Part shown: positions 46,597 through 56,138 of the stretch, in pieces
Numbering within the stretch: the stretch's first letter is position 1
How the letters are laid out: each line of letters opens with the position of its first letter
Origin: an uncultured Thermoprotei archaeon
Lineage (GTDB): Archaea; Thermoproteota; Thermoprotei; Thermofilales; B15-G2
Direction of reading: 5' to 3'
Length of the DNA stretch: 64,000 nucleotides
NCBI GenBank assembly: GCA_965367815.1
Contig: CBDUKN010000011.1
Coordinates: 2,361-66,360 of the forward strand
Position numbers and translations under genes: made by a program
The notes under the pieces: generated by a model
The model's input: only the letters and a program-made list of their open reading frames with translations
The model's database searches: none
What the model was told of the DNA's origin: nothing

Positions 46597-47649
46597 TCAA
46601 TATATGCTTGCTGCTGCTCTCTTAAACTTTTCTAGCGGACCAAGTATTACTATTCCTACACCGCTTCTTATTTCAAAGACATATTTGCACGGCTGAACAG
46701 GAGCCCAGCGGGCCTTTCTTATGTACATGACTCTATATATTTTTCCTGCTATTTCTTCTAGAGAAAGAACTATTATTCCTGAGGCTAAAAATTCTTCGAC
46801 ACCAAATCTGCTCAATTGCGTAGACCCTGTGGGTATTTCGCTTGTCATTATTGTGGTTACTGTGCCTAGTCTTTCTAGGGAAAATACTATTTCTCTAACG
46901 AATTCTCTAACGTATACTACGTCTGAAGGAGATCCTCCATAGATAAGAGGTGCTATGGGGTCTATAACTAGACGCTTAGCTCTAATTTTCTTGATATTAC
47001 TTATTATAGACTCTATAATGTATTTTGGCTCTATTTTTCTTCTCTCTTCTCTTAAGTATATCTTACTGAAGTGAGTTCTCATATCGAGAAAGAGAAGTAA
47101 TCCTTCTTCCTCGAGTTCACTAACATCCCATCCGAATAGCCTTAAACCTCTTTTAACGTGCTCAGAAGGTTCATCTATAGCGAGATATATACCTGGTTCT
47201 CCTAAAGCAGCTCCTTTTAACAAAAATTGCATAGAAAAAATTGTCTTTCCACAACCAGTTTCGCCTGCAATAAGATAAGTCTTTCCTCTAAGGAATCCTC
47301 CTCCAAGTACTCTATCCAATTCAGGTATACCAGTCGGGGCATACATCAAAAGGGTCTTTTTTAAGGGGAAAGTGGGTTTAGGAGGAGGTGCTATCGATGA
47401 AGTTTCGAGAGTAGTTGTAGAGTCTGTATACTTAGTAGCTGTAGTTGGTGAAGGAGAGGTTTTAGAGAGAATTCTCGACAAGGAAGTTTCGACGGAAGTG
47501 GGTTTCAACGAACTATTGTCTCGTGAAAGTGAGCCTAGTGAACATGGAGGATTATCTGGGTCGACGACTTCTTTCCCTAGAATTCTACATATTCTGCGTG
47601 AAGCGTCATACCACGTGCAATTTATACACTTCTTTGCCATAGTAACCAC
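46597..47649 (-). CDS. KaiC/RadA-like ATPase with N-terminal four-Cys domain and S/T/P linker
   Basis: GETGCGKT, AIDE, RLVIDP, RKARW; N-terminal CINC...C...C. Confidence 0.85.
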   Translation of the reverse strand: MVTMAKKCINCTWYDASRRICRILGKEVVDPDNPPCSLGSLSRDNSSLKPTSVETSLSRILSKTSPSPTTATKYTDSTTTLETSSIAPPPKPTFPLKKTLLMYAPTGIPELDRVLGGGFLRGKTYLIAGETGCGKTIFSMQFLLKGAALGEPGIYLAIDEPSEHVKRGLRLFGWDVSELEEEGLLLFLDMRTHFSKIYLREERRKIEPKYIIESIISNIKKIRAKRLVIDPIAPLIYGGSPSDVVYVREFVREIVFSLERLGTVTTIMTSEIPTGSTQLSRFGVEEFLASGIIVLSLEEIAGKIYRVMYIRKARWAPVQPCKYVFEIRSGVGIVILGPLEKFKRAAASIY

Positions 47650-47720
47650 TTTACACTACTAGGTCTCAATCGTGATTAAAATCTAGCAATCCAGTATATA
47701 TTTATATGGCTTGAGTATTA

Positions 47721-49310
47721 TTAGAGCACCTTAGGTCTCAGCCCAATTCTTATTCCGAGTTTTCTACTCAGTCTCTCTAGTCTTTTACGGCATTTTTTAC
47801 GTACATAGTTGTATATCTCTGTAGGAACTAGAACTTCAGCGTGAGTATCATGAATTATTATATCGAATTCAGCATCAGGCACGTATTTTCTTATAGTTTT
47901 TTCAATAAGAATTCTAGTCATTTCTTTCCTTTCTGATTCTTTCTTCTTTAGTGGGACAACAAATGTTCTTTCGCCGAAGACATATAATTCGTATTCCGGC
48001 TCACCTGTAAAGAAGTCTTTTACTACTACTACAGGTCTGGCTAGGTCTTCTTCTTTCAAACCATAGGGTACCTTAACAACAGTCTCTAATTCGTAGACCT
48101 TTGCGACTTCACCGTCTTTAATGAATATTACAGTGTCTACTATAGAGGGAATCATCCCTAATTCTACTCTTCCTATAAAGCGTTGTATGGCGTCTATAGG
48201 AGTTGTTGCGTGAACTACACCTATCATGCCTACGCCTGCTAGTCTAAGGTCAGCAAATAATTCGAAATCTCTAGTATCTCTCATTTCATCAAATACGGTG
48301 TAGTCTGGTCTAGATAAGAGTAAGACATCATGTATTTCCTCCGAGCTCGCGTAAGCCTTAGAATATTGGGTTATTTGCGGAGGCAAATGCATATCTCTGG
48401 GAGACTCTATTGTTTTAACGACCTTGTTCTTTCTCATGTAGAACTCTGCTAGAGCTTGAGCGAATGTAGTCTTACCCATTCCAGGGGCTCCAGCTATTAA
48501 AATACCTTCAGCTCTTTTCTCAAGACGTTCTAGAAGTTTTTTAGGTAAGTTATAATCTTCAATACTTAACTTGACAAGTGGTCTAACTATAGTTAGCTCG
48601 TATCCATCAGAGAAAGGCGGTTTAGTTATTATGATACGATACTTCTTAAGCTGTACTATTGTTGATCCAGGCCTATCTATTTCTATGAATGCATCAGGCG
48701 AGCTACGAGCAGCCTCAATTATTTCTCTTATCATACTTTCTAGCTCTTCTCTAGTTAAAGGCTCATCTCTTATCTTCACGAAGATCCATTTTCCAGGTTT
48801 TCCCACTTTTGCGTAAGGAACAACGTTTTCCTTCAAGTGTAAAGACATAGCGTTCTCGGGAAACATTTTTTCAAAAATTAGTGCTTTTCCAGTTTCCGTT
48901 TTTAAGTAAATTACTTTAACGTCTTCAGCTAAACATGTTTCGTACTGTGTTCTATCAGATGTTATGAGTGTGGCGTTCCAGTCCTTAGCTAATTCTCTCA
49001 GGATAGCGTCTATGCCTTCATCTCTTAGCATTTGGTATCCTTGTGGGAGTTCTCGGCTTTCCTCTATAATTAGTTCTTCTTCGCTATACTTTTCTTTAAT
49101 AATACTTCTTATTTTTCTTAATTCCTGTAAACCTAATAGACCTTGACTTTTCCCTTCTCTTAAAAGTTTTTCGAAGTGTAACACGAGCAGATTATGGATA
49201 ATTATTTTACCTAAAATTTTTGGAGACCGTCTCTCAAGTGCAGTACTCAGAGTGCCTTTAATTATTACCGTTGTGTCTGGTATGTATATTTCTCTAAGCA
49301 TTTTCACCAA
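47721..49310 (-). CDS. PINA-type ATPase (PIN + P-loop ATPase + KH)
   Basis: IPDT PIN start, [37 protein letters not shown]. Confidence 0.93.
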   Translation of the reverse strand: MVKMLREIYIPDTTVIIKGTLSTALERRSPKILGKIIIHNLLVLHFEKLLREGKSQGLLGLQELRKIRSIIKEKYSEEELIIEESRELPQGYQMLRDEGIDAILRELAKDWNATLITSDRTQYETCLAEDVKVIYLKTETGKALIFEKMFPENAMSLHLKENVVPYAKVGKPGKWIFVKIRDEPLTREELESMIREIIEAARSSPDAFIEIDRPGSTIVQLKKYRIIITKPPFSDGYELTIVRPLVKLSIEDYNLPKKLLERLEKRAEGILIAGAPGMGKTTFAQALAEFYMRKNKVVKTIESPRDMHLPPQITQYSKAYASSEEIHDVLLLSRPDYTVFDEMRDTRDFELFADLRLAGVGMIGVVHATTPIDAIQRFIGRVELGMIPSIVDTVIFIKDGEVAKVYELETVVKVPYGLKEEDLARPVVVVKDFFTGEPEYELYVFGERTFVVPLKKKESERKEMTRILIEKTIRKYVPDAEFDIIIHDTHAEVLVPTEIYNYVRKKCRKRLERLSRKLGIRIGLRPKVL

Positions 49311-49489
49311 CCTGATCCTTAGGGACTAGTGTGAAAACCAGCTTAAATATATATTTTTCTTACTAAGATTCTGCTTCATTGAATATATTGTGGGGTCAAA
49401 TATATTTTGATACTAGCTCCGTATTACTCTGTTTAATATGTTCTTTTTCTCAAAGTCTTATACTTATTAGTATTTTTGAAGAGAAAAGC

Positions 49490-49831
49490 GTGAAAGTAAA
49501 GAGTGTTGGTTTAGGGGAGATACCTTATCGGGACTATAGAAAAGTAAGGCTTGCTGTAATAGAAGCGATGGGTGACCTAATTAAAAAGTCTAGAGGAAGC
49601 TGTGTTACGTTCACTTGCAAGAAACTTGCTACAATAGCTGGTTTACCGTCGCAGCCAGTTCTTTTAACAGTTATAAGAAGTATACTAGATGAGCTATGCG
49701 ATAAAGGACTTATCACAAGATACAGCAGATCTAGTCACGGAATAAAATATATGGCGACTAAGGAAAGTCCTATATGGGTTGCTTTTAAACACGGAGATCT
49801 AGAAACTCTTAGCAAAATAGTAGAGCTCTAG
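49490..49831 (+). CDS. Small crenarchaeal winged-helix DNA-binding protein (paralog 1)
   Basis: RGSCVTFTCKKLA...LDELCDKGLI...KY...SPIW; probable GTG start at 49490 (track starts at 49379). Confidence 0.7.
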   Translation: MKVKSVGLGEIPYRDYRKVRLAVIEAMGDLIKKSRGSCVTFTCKKLATIAGLPSQPVLLTVIRSILDELCDKGLITRYSRSSHGIKYMATKESPIWVAFKHGDLETLSKIVEL

Positions 49832-49840
49832 GGGCGGAGA

Positions 49841-50173
49841 ATGTCTGAGAAAAATAAAAGAAGTGAAGTATATGAGAAGGCGGTATGTGATGCACTTGTA
49901 GAGCTAATTAGTAAGGCTAAAGGCACATGTGTCTCCTTTGAGAGCATAGATATAGCTAAACTAGCGGGACTACCCATTAATGCTTATACTCTTTACTCTA
50001 TTAAAAAGGTTCTATATAAACTCATGAGAGCAGGAATGGTGAGAAGACTTAGAAGAAAAAAGGGACGTATATTTGTTGTTAATTGTGATTCACCACTATG
50101 GTCCGCTTGTAAAATAAAAGATAGAGAGATTGTTTTCGAGATTATATCTGAGTGTATAAAAAATAAAGATTAA
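49841..50173 (+). CDS. Small crenarchaeal winged-helix DNA-binding protein (paralog 2)
   Basis: KGTCVSF...IAKLAGLP...LYKLMRAGMV...SPLW aligns with the upstream gene. Confidence 0.7.
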   Translation: MSEKNKRSEVYEKAVCDALVELISKAKGTCVSFESIDIAKLAGLPINAYTLYSIKKVLYKLMRAGMVRRLRRKKGRIFVVNCDSPLWSACKIKDREIVFEIISECIKNKD

Positions 50174-50886
50174 ATTTCAGCTAGTATTGAATCCTTGACA
50201 TTGAGCACTTGGAATGCCCGATCTTCTGGAACACCGAAATAGTACTTTGCAAACTTGTAGATCATCTTGTCGGATGGCGCTGCTTTCGGCGAATTTATTT
50301 TCATACAAAGTGCTTGCTTAAGAGCTTCTTTTTCTAAACGGTTTTTTACAGTACCTTCTGCAATCTTTTTAGCTATTTCTATAGCTATATATATTTTGGC
50401 AAGTTTATGTAATTTTGGTGCATAGTCTGGGTAATTAGTTGCTAAAAGTGATATAACTTCTAAAAACTTATTATTTAATCCAAATCCAAGTAAAGACATT
50501 ATTAGTCCGAATCTGGCAGTCTTCAATATAACTTCAGCAGACAGCTTTTTTTCTAAAGTGTTACTGCTGGATGAATTTTCAATAAGTTCATGATATAGTG
50601 AGTCGTATTCTTTTTCCTTGTAGAATACTTTTGATAATGAATTTATTTCATCTACGAGGTTTAGTCCATATTTTCCAACAATGTATAGCGTTATTATTTC
50701 TCTCTCGTAAAGTCCTGTTCTACTGTAGTCTTTTATAGGTTTTACTTTAAACTTATGATAGGCATCTTTAAGCATTTTTACAATTTTCTCTCTAGAGACT
50801 TTGTCGTTTTCGTTATTTATAATATGGCTCCATACGTATATGCATGCCTCTATCATTCTCTTTATTCCTTGATTCACAGAAAACAC
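50170..50886 (-). CDS. DUF2192-like protein
   Basis: YEREIITLYIVGKYGL; KEALKQAL...PSD motifs. Confidence 0.65.
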   Translation of the reverse strand: MFSVNQGIKRMIEACIYVWSHIINNENDKVSREKIVKMLKDAYHKFKVKPIKDYSRTGLYEREIITLYIVGKYGLNLVDEINSLSKVFYKEKEYDSLYHELIENSSSSNTLEKKLSAEVILKTARFGLIMSLLGFGLNNKFLEVISLLATNYPDYAPKLHKLAKIYIAIEIAKKIAEGTVKNRLEKEALKQALCMKINSPKAAPSDKMIYKFAKYYFGVPEDRAFQVLNVKDSILAEI

Positions 50887-50921
50887 CCTATTTTACTTAA
50901 TTAATTTACTTGAATAGATTG

Positions 50922-51443
50922 TTATTGAGCAGCTAGAAGCTCTACAACTATTCTACATGGTAAAGGTAGCTTTGATGCAGCACGTCTAAGGGCTTCTTTT
51001 GCTTTATCTATGTGCTCACCGTTTATTCTCACATATATTACTGTTTGGTTCTCATATACTCTGGCGGCTCTTCCAATAGGCGTACCAAACGCTAGTCTCA
51101 TTCCATCCTGGAGACGATCGGCGCCAGCCATGGCCATCATTTTATTTTCTCTTAAAACGTGATGTGGGTATACACATAATTTCATATGATAGTTTGCTTC
51201 GCCAACATTTTTGCTTAAATATTTGTGTGCTATGACTCTTGCTGCTTCTAATGCATTTGCTCTGATTTGACCTCTTTCCTTGGTAATTAGCTTAACTATG
51301 TGTGTGAAGTTTCCTTTAACATTCCCGAGGTCAAATTTTGGTATTTGTACATGTGGAGCTCCTTTAATATACTCTAGTCTAGTGTAAGGTGGTGTGTCGA
51401 ACCGCCTATAGCATCTGCCTGGCCGCAGAGGCATAATTATCAC
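50922..51443 (-). CDS. rpl10e: 50S ribosomal protein L10e (uL16)
   Basis: RPGRCYR, ALEAAR, RENKMMAMAGADRLQDGMRLAFG. Confidence 0.97.
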   Translation of the reverse strand: MIIMPLRPGRCYRRFDTPPYTRLEYIKGAPHVQIPKFDLGNVKGNFTHIVKLITKERGQIRANALEAARVIAHKYLSKNVGEANYHMKLCVYPHHVLRENKMMAMAGADRLQDGMRLAFGTPIGRAARVYENQTVIYVRINGEHIDKAKEALRRAASKLPLPCRIVVELLAAQ

Positions 51444-51501
51444 TATATGTCTTCACGCTGATTTATAAAGATTGCTTAGTTAACTAAGTAGGAATTTAGA
51501 A

Positions 51502-52203
51502 TCAATTTTTACATAATAAAACATATATTTTTCTAATAAATAATAATATTGTTCTTAGTTCTTTTTCTGTAGAATTTGATTTATATATTATTTTCTTAAA
51601 AGCTAATATAATATTATCTTTTTTCATATCATGAAACTCTATATTATCGCATATTTTGGAAACATAATCAAGAAATAATGTAGCGTAATTTCTTGGAATT
51701 TTGTGTTCTTTTACAGCTCTTTTTCTCGTGGCCATGTATATCTCGTATAGAACTATGGCTACTGCATGAGAGAGGTTTAGAATAGGGTATTCGGGGTTCG
51801 CAGGAATAGTTACCATGTAGTCGCATAGTTTTATTTCTTCGTTTGTTAAGCCCGAAGGCTCTCTACCAAATAAAATCGCTACTCTTCCCTGAATAGAGCT
51901 AACTTTTTCGGCAAAAGTTCTCACAGAGAGGGTCTGTCTTAAAAGTGATGTATCTGATGTTTTTCCAGTTGTTCCGACAACTAACTCAGCGTCTTTAATA
52001 GCAGGATTTATAGAATCTAGTATTACTGCTCTTTCTAATACATCTCTTCCTTTCATAGCATAGCGTCTAGCAATACCACTTATTTGTGCTCTAGGTTTCA
52101 CCAAGTAGAGTTCTTTGAAACCAAAGTTTTTCATTACTCTAGCCACGTATCCTATATTAATTTCGTAGTACGGTTCGACTAATACTACTCTTATTGAAGG
52201 CAT
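51502..52203 (-). CDS. trmJ: TrmJ family tRNA 2'-O-methyltransferase (SPOUT)
   Basis: NIGYVARVMKNFG, FGREPSGLTNEE, YPILNLSHAV. Confidence 0.93.
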   Translation of the reverse strand: MPSIRVVLVEPYYEINIGYVARVMKNFGFKELYLVKPRAQISGIARRYAMKGRDVLERAVILDSINPAIKDAELVVGTTGKTSDTSLLRQTLSVRTFAEKVSSIQGRVAILFGREPSGLTNEEIKLCDYMVTIPANPEYPILNLSHAVAIVLYEIYMATRKRAVKEHKIPRNYATLFLDYVSKICDNIEFHDMKKDNIILAFKKIIYKSNSTEKELRTILLFIRKIYVLLCKN

Positions 52204-52340
52204 TCATTCAGTATTCTATAGAGGTGTAATAAATATATACGGTCTTAGCAATGATCGATTGATTCTTGGAAAAATATAAGTAGACAAGACGAATTAAAGA
52301 TTATATTTTTAGACATGAAATGATATGAGGGGGGCTGGGG

Positions 52341-54581
52341 GTGCAGGATATAGTAAAAATATTGAGAATTATAGGTAATGAAGTTAGAATGCAAATAATT
52401 AAACTATTATATAATGAAGGAGAGTTATCTTATGGCGAATTAATGCAGAAGATCGGTATCGCAAGAGATAAAAGTGGAAAATTTGGTTATCATTTAAGAC
52501 AATTAGTAGACAATAGAATAATAGAAATAGATAGAAACACAGGAAAATATAGATTAACTGATCTAGGATTTAAGATATTTGATTTATTTAAAGAATTTAG
52601 GGAGTCTTATCTTGCTCTACAAAGTAGAGACATGCTTGTTTCGACATCAAAATATGTAATGGAGTACTTTGATAAAAATAAAATAATAGATAGTCTAGTC
52701 AGAGAGACTGGTATCAAAAGGTCGCTGGCTAAGGAAGTAGCAGTTGATGTAGAGGAGAAACTTAAGAATGCAAATCTACGCTATGTTTCAACAAACTTAA
52801 TAAGAGAACTAGTAATTGCTACGCTACTTGAGAAAGGATGTGAAGAATATATAAAGAAATATAGTAGATACGGTTTACCTGTCTACGATGTAAAAAATAT
52901 ATTTGAATCTTATGATTTAGTAAGACCTTACACTCCCAATGTTTTGCTAAGAATACTTGGGAGGTCGATAATCGAGGCTTATACAATGTCTCAGCTAATA
53001 CCTCCTAGTGTTCTTGTTGCGCATTTAAACGGATATATACACATAGCGAACAGCAGTGATTGGTTTATTGGGGTTGAAGACATTAGACATGATTTATGTC
53101 TATGTTTGTCGAAAGAAAATTTTATGGGAAATAAATTTTTTCCCGAGATAATCATACCTGCTCCGAAAAACTTTAGAGAGGCTCTTTTCTCAATGTATAT
53201 TACATTAAATTATTTTAAAGATTATTATTATATTTCTCAAATCATAGACAACTTTAATTTTATTTTGTCACCTTTTATAAGTAAAGGTGATCAAGACAAA
53301 GTATCATTGGAATTACTCTATTTTACTAAAATACTCAACATAAATAACTTAAGTTATAGAAACTATAGACCCGTAGCACTAGCTTGTGCGTTTTCTTTAC
53401 CTAAAGAATACGAAGATATTAAGATTAAATACAAAAATACAGGTTTATTCTCCTTTGTAGACTACATGGATGAAGCGCTACTATTAGCAAAAACATTGTT
53501 GAATGTTTTAGCAAATGTTAATAGCAAGTATCCTTCAAAAACTCCCATAGTAGTGCTCAAAGTAAATGACAGAGTCCTAAGGGATGATGATCTTCTAAGT
53601 ACTATATATAAGGCGCTTGCATCAAGAGTTCCAATAACACTTGTTAAGGAAGAAAACTATGTTTCTACTTCTAGTGAAGGTATACAGCTCGAAAAACCTA
53701 AGGAAGTACCGATTCTGCCAGCTTACGGGATAATTTCCTCTATTGCTGTTAATTTGCCTTTAATAATGCTTGAAAGTCATACGGAAGAAAAGTTTTTTGA
53801 CAAAATATATAACGTAGCAGATTCTGTGGCGCTGGCATTTAACAGCAAACATAGCTTTATTAAAGATATTGTAGCTAAAAGAAGGCTAAAACCGTTAACA
53901 GAGTATATACTTAAAGGAGACTATTACTATAGGTGGGAATATTCGCGTTATTTAATTTCCTTTATAGGAGTATACTTTACAGCCTTTTTGCTAGCGGGTA
54001 ACGATAACAAAGATCACATCATATCAACTGCTAGAAAACTAGTAAAAGAACTGATCAAGGTATTTAGAGATGCTGTTAAAAACGAAGAGTATACAGTAGA
54101 GTTTTCTTTTATGTGTAACGATAGAAACTTTGTAAGAGTAGTCAGTATTATTAGAAACGTACTAAGAAAAAAGAACATTCCAATAAAAAATCTAGAGCAA
54201 TATTTCTCTCCACTAACATTGATGCCCTACAATATAGCGGGGTCACTCGAAGAATACTTAAAGATTTATCATAGCGAACCATTTAGAGAACTTAAAGGAG
54301 GAGTTTTTCTACGGGTAGATCCTATATACTTCACTAAAGACGACTTAGTTACTCTGCTAGACTACTTGCTTAAATACGAGAGGCCCTTAATGTTATCTCT
54401 GGACTATACTTATTGTCCACGATGCCGAATAATCCTAGATGGTTTTCATCAATTTTGTCCAAAATGTTTAGCAATGATACCAATGGGAGCTCACTTTTCT
54501 AGAGTTTTTTCGGTGTATGAGCCAATAACCTATGTTCACAGCTTCTATCGAGATGAATACTTGAGCCGAAAAAATATATAG
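52341..54581 (+). CDS. ArsR-type wHTH + ATP-cone + degenerate class III ribonucleotide reductase (NrdD) domain; probable pseudo-enzyme
   Basis: N-terminal wHTH (KFGYHLRQL...YRLTDLG), ATP-cone (FDKNKIIDSLVRETG...LIRELV), RYGLPVYDV, AVNLPLI, Zn site CPRC...CPKC; glycyl loop reads SRVFSVY. Confidence 0.8.
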   Translation: MQDIVKILRIIGNEVRMQIIKLLYNEGELSYGELMQKIGIARDKSGKFGYHLRQLVDNRIIEIDRNTGKYRLTDLGFKIFDLFKEFRESYLALQSRDMLVSTSKYVMEYFDKNKIIDSLVRETGIKRSLAKEVAVDVEEKLKNANLRYVSTNLIRELVIATLLEKGCEEYIKKYSRYGLPVYDVKNIFESYDLVRPYTPNVLLRILGRSIIEAYTMSQLIPPSVLVAHLNGYIHIANSSDWFIGVEDIRHDLCLCLSKENFMGNKFFPEIIIPAPKNFREALFSMYITLNYFKDYYYISQIIDNFNFILSPFISKGDQDKVSLELLYFTKILNINNLSYRNYRPVALACAFSLPKEYEDIKIKYKNTGLFSFVDYMDEALLLAKTLLNVLANVNSKYPSKTPIVVLKVNDRVLRDDDLLSTIYKALASRVPITLVKEENYVSTSSEGIQLEKPKEVPILPAYGIISSIAVNLPLIMLESHTEEKFFDKIYNVADSVALAFNSKHSFIKDIVAKRRLKPLTEYILKGDYYYRWEYSRYLISFIGVYFTAFLLAGNDNKDHIISTARKLVKELIKVFRDAVKNEEYTVEFSFMCNDRNFVRVVSIIRNVLRKKNIPIKNLEQYFSPLTLMPYNIAGSLEEYLKIYHSEPFRELKGGVFLRVDPIYFTKDDLVTLLDYLLKYERPLMLSLDYTYCPRCRIILDGFHQFCPKCLAMIPMGAHFSRVFSVYEPITYVHSFYRDEYLSRKNI

Positions 54582-54606
54582 TATCGGAATTAAAATAGAC
54601 GAGGGA

Positions 54607-54969
54607 ATGCAGATGATCGGTACTGCTAAAAGATATCTTGAAGCTCTGCTTGAACCGAAATTTTTGTCCTATGTAATAATTTTCGTTGCAGCACTACTTT
54701 TAGGAGGAATCTTATACGCTCTTGTTGTAGCATCGCCGAGAGAGCTTCAGGCATTTATCATACAACACAATTTGTATCAGTCTTTAACAGAAGTCATAGT
54801 TACTGCAATTTCTTATATATTTGGGGCATTCAGCATAGTTTACATGTATTCAGCGTTAAAAAAGAAAACTGAAGAGTCTTTAAAAATGGCTGGATTATCG
54901 GTGCTGCTTCTACTAATAACATTTCTAATGTTAAGCTATCTATATTATCTAAAAATATATGCAAGATAA
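54607..54969 (+). CDS. OSTC/OST3-OST6-like three-TM membrane protein
   Basis: LLLGGILYALVVASP...AF...Q..TE...G...LKI resembles the eukaryotic OSTC/DC2 pattern as I recall it. Confidence 0.6.
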   Translation: MQMIGTAKRYLEALLEPKFLSYVIIFVAALLLGGILYALVVASPRELQAFIIQHNLYQSLTEVIVTAISYIFGAFSIVYMYSALKKKTEESLKMAGLSVLLLLITFLMLSYLYYLKIYAR

Positions 54970-55498
54970 AGAAAGTGCTTTGAGAAAAATACTGGTGGAA
55001 AAAGGTCCTAGCCTACTACTATATGATGTGAATTTACGAAAGTCTGTAGTAAACTCCTTTCTAAAATACATAAACAATACTGCAGAAAATTTCTTAATTA
55101 TTTCACCTCTATTTGATGTTTTTGAAAATATTTTAAGTAAGAATAAGAATAAAGGATCTATTATAGTTGTAGATGATTTACTCAAATTACTGGTACTAGT
55201 TCACACATTAACCTCGCTAAAACATATGTTAAAAAAATATTTAATAATAGTTTCTGATATTGATATAGTATATAAATCAAGTATAATTAACTATAATTTA
55301 AATAAATGTATTTCGTGGCTAAATGAATTATTATCATTATTTAAAATTCATTTTAATAGAAGTATTGTATTTCAGCCTATCAGTAATAAAGAGTACTCAT
55401 ATAAAAGCCTTTATATGAAAATACTTTTTAGAAACGTAAAAAATATAGTTGAAATCGGTGAAGAAGGAGCTAATATATTAAGAAGTATTTACTCATAA
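54959..55498 (+). CDS. Hypothetical protein, possibly a degenerate RecA-like fold
   Basis: AT-rich ORF; IIVVDD and LIIVSD strands, no Walker A. Confidence 0.55.
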   Translation: MQDKESALRKILVEKGPSLLLYDVNLRKSVVNSFLKYINNTAENFLIISPLFDVFENILSKNKNKGSIIVVDDLLKLLVLVHTLTSLKHMLKKYLIIVSDIDIVYKSSIINYNLNKCISWLNELLSLFKIHFNRSIVFQPISNKEYSYKSLYMKILFRNVKNIVEIGEEGANILRSIYS

Positions 55499-55508
55499 TA
55501 AAGCAAGG

Positions 55509-56138
55509 ATGGCTGAAAAGAATATACATGAAAATACCAGTAAATTTAGGAAAATAAACGTATATAAAAAAGCTATACGGTGTCTTGGAATAGCTGAAAG
55601 CTTTAGAAAAGAGAACAAATATGCAGTATTAGTTGGAGTAGTTATGAGAAGTGACTTTCTAATAGATGGAGTCTACATAGAGAGAGTAACTGTAGGAGGA
55701 ATGGATTCTACGAAAGCTGTTATAAGAATGTATTACAATACTGGGAGAAATGACATTAACTTTATTTTAATAAATGGTGTAATTATAAGCTACTACAACA
55801 TAATAGATTTGAGCGAAGTATTTAACTCAGTAAAAATTCCTGTAATATCAGTAACCTACAGAGAATCAAAAGGATTAGAGGAAATAATTAGAAAGAATTT
55901 TCCGGACTGGAAAGAAAGAGTAGAAGTTTACAGGAAAAATGGAAAACGAGTACCATTACCTCTTAGAACAGGACATATAGTCTATGTGAGATATTTTGGT
56001 GTTGACTTTAGAGAATGCATGCATTTAGTTAATAAATTTACTGTAGAGGGAAAGCATCCAGAGCCAATTAAGGTGGCAAAAATGATTGCTAGAAGCATTA
56101 ATAAGTATGTGTGTTGTAGTAGGGGGAGACTGCTGTGA
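55509..56138 (+). CDS. DUF99 family protein (endonuclease V-like)
   Basis: LGIAESF, VTVGGMDST, YNIID, PEPIKVA. Confidence 0.88.
   Translation: MAEKNIHENTSKFRKINVYKKAIRCLGIAESFRKENKYAVLVGVVMRSDFLIDGVYIERVTVGGMDSTKAVIRMYYNTGRNDINFILINGVIISYYNIIDLSEVFNSVKIPVISVTYRESKGLEEIIRKNFPDWKERVEVYRKNGKRVPLPLRTGHIVYVRYFGVDFRECMHLVNKFTVEGKHPEPIKVAKMIARSINKYVCCSRGRLL

Noticed and set aside
52341-54581. Annotation as an active anaerobic ribonucleoside-triphosphate reductase (nrdD)
   Set aside because: The glycyl-radical Gly and finger-loop Cys are absent and no nrdG is nearby
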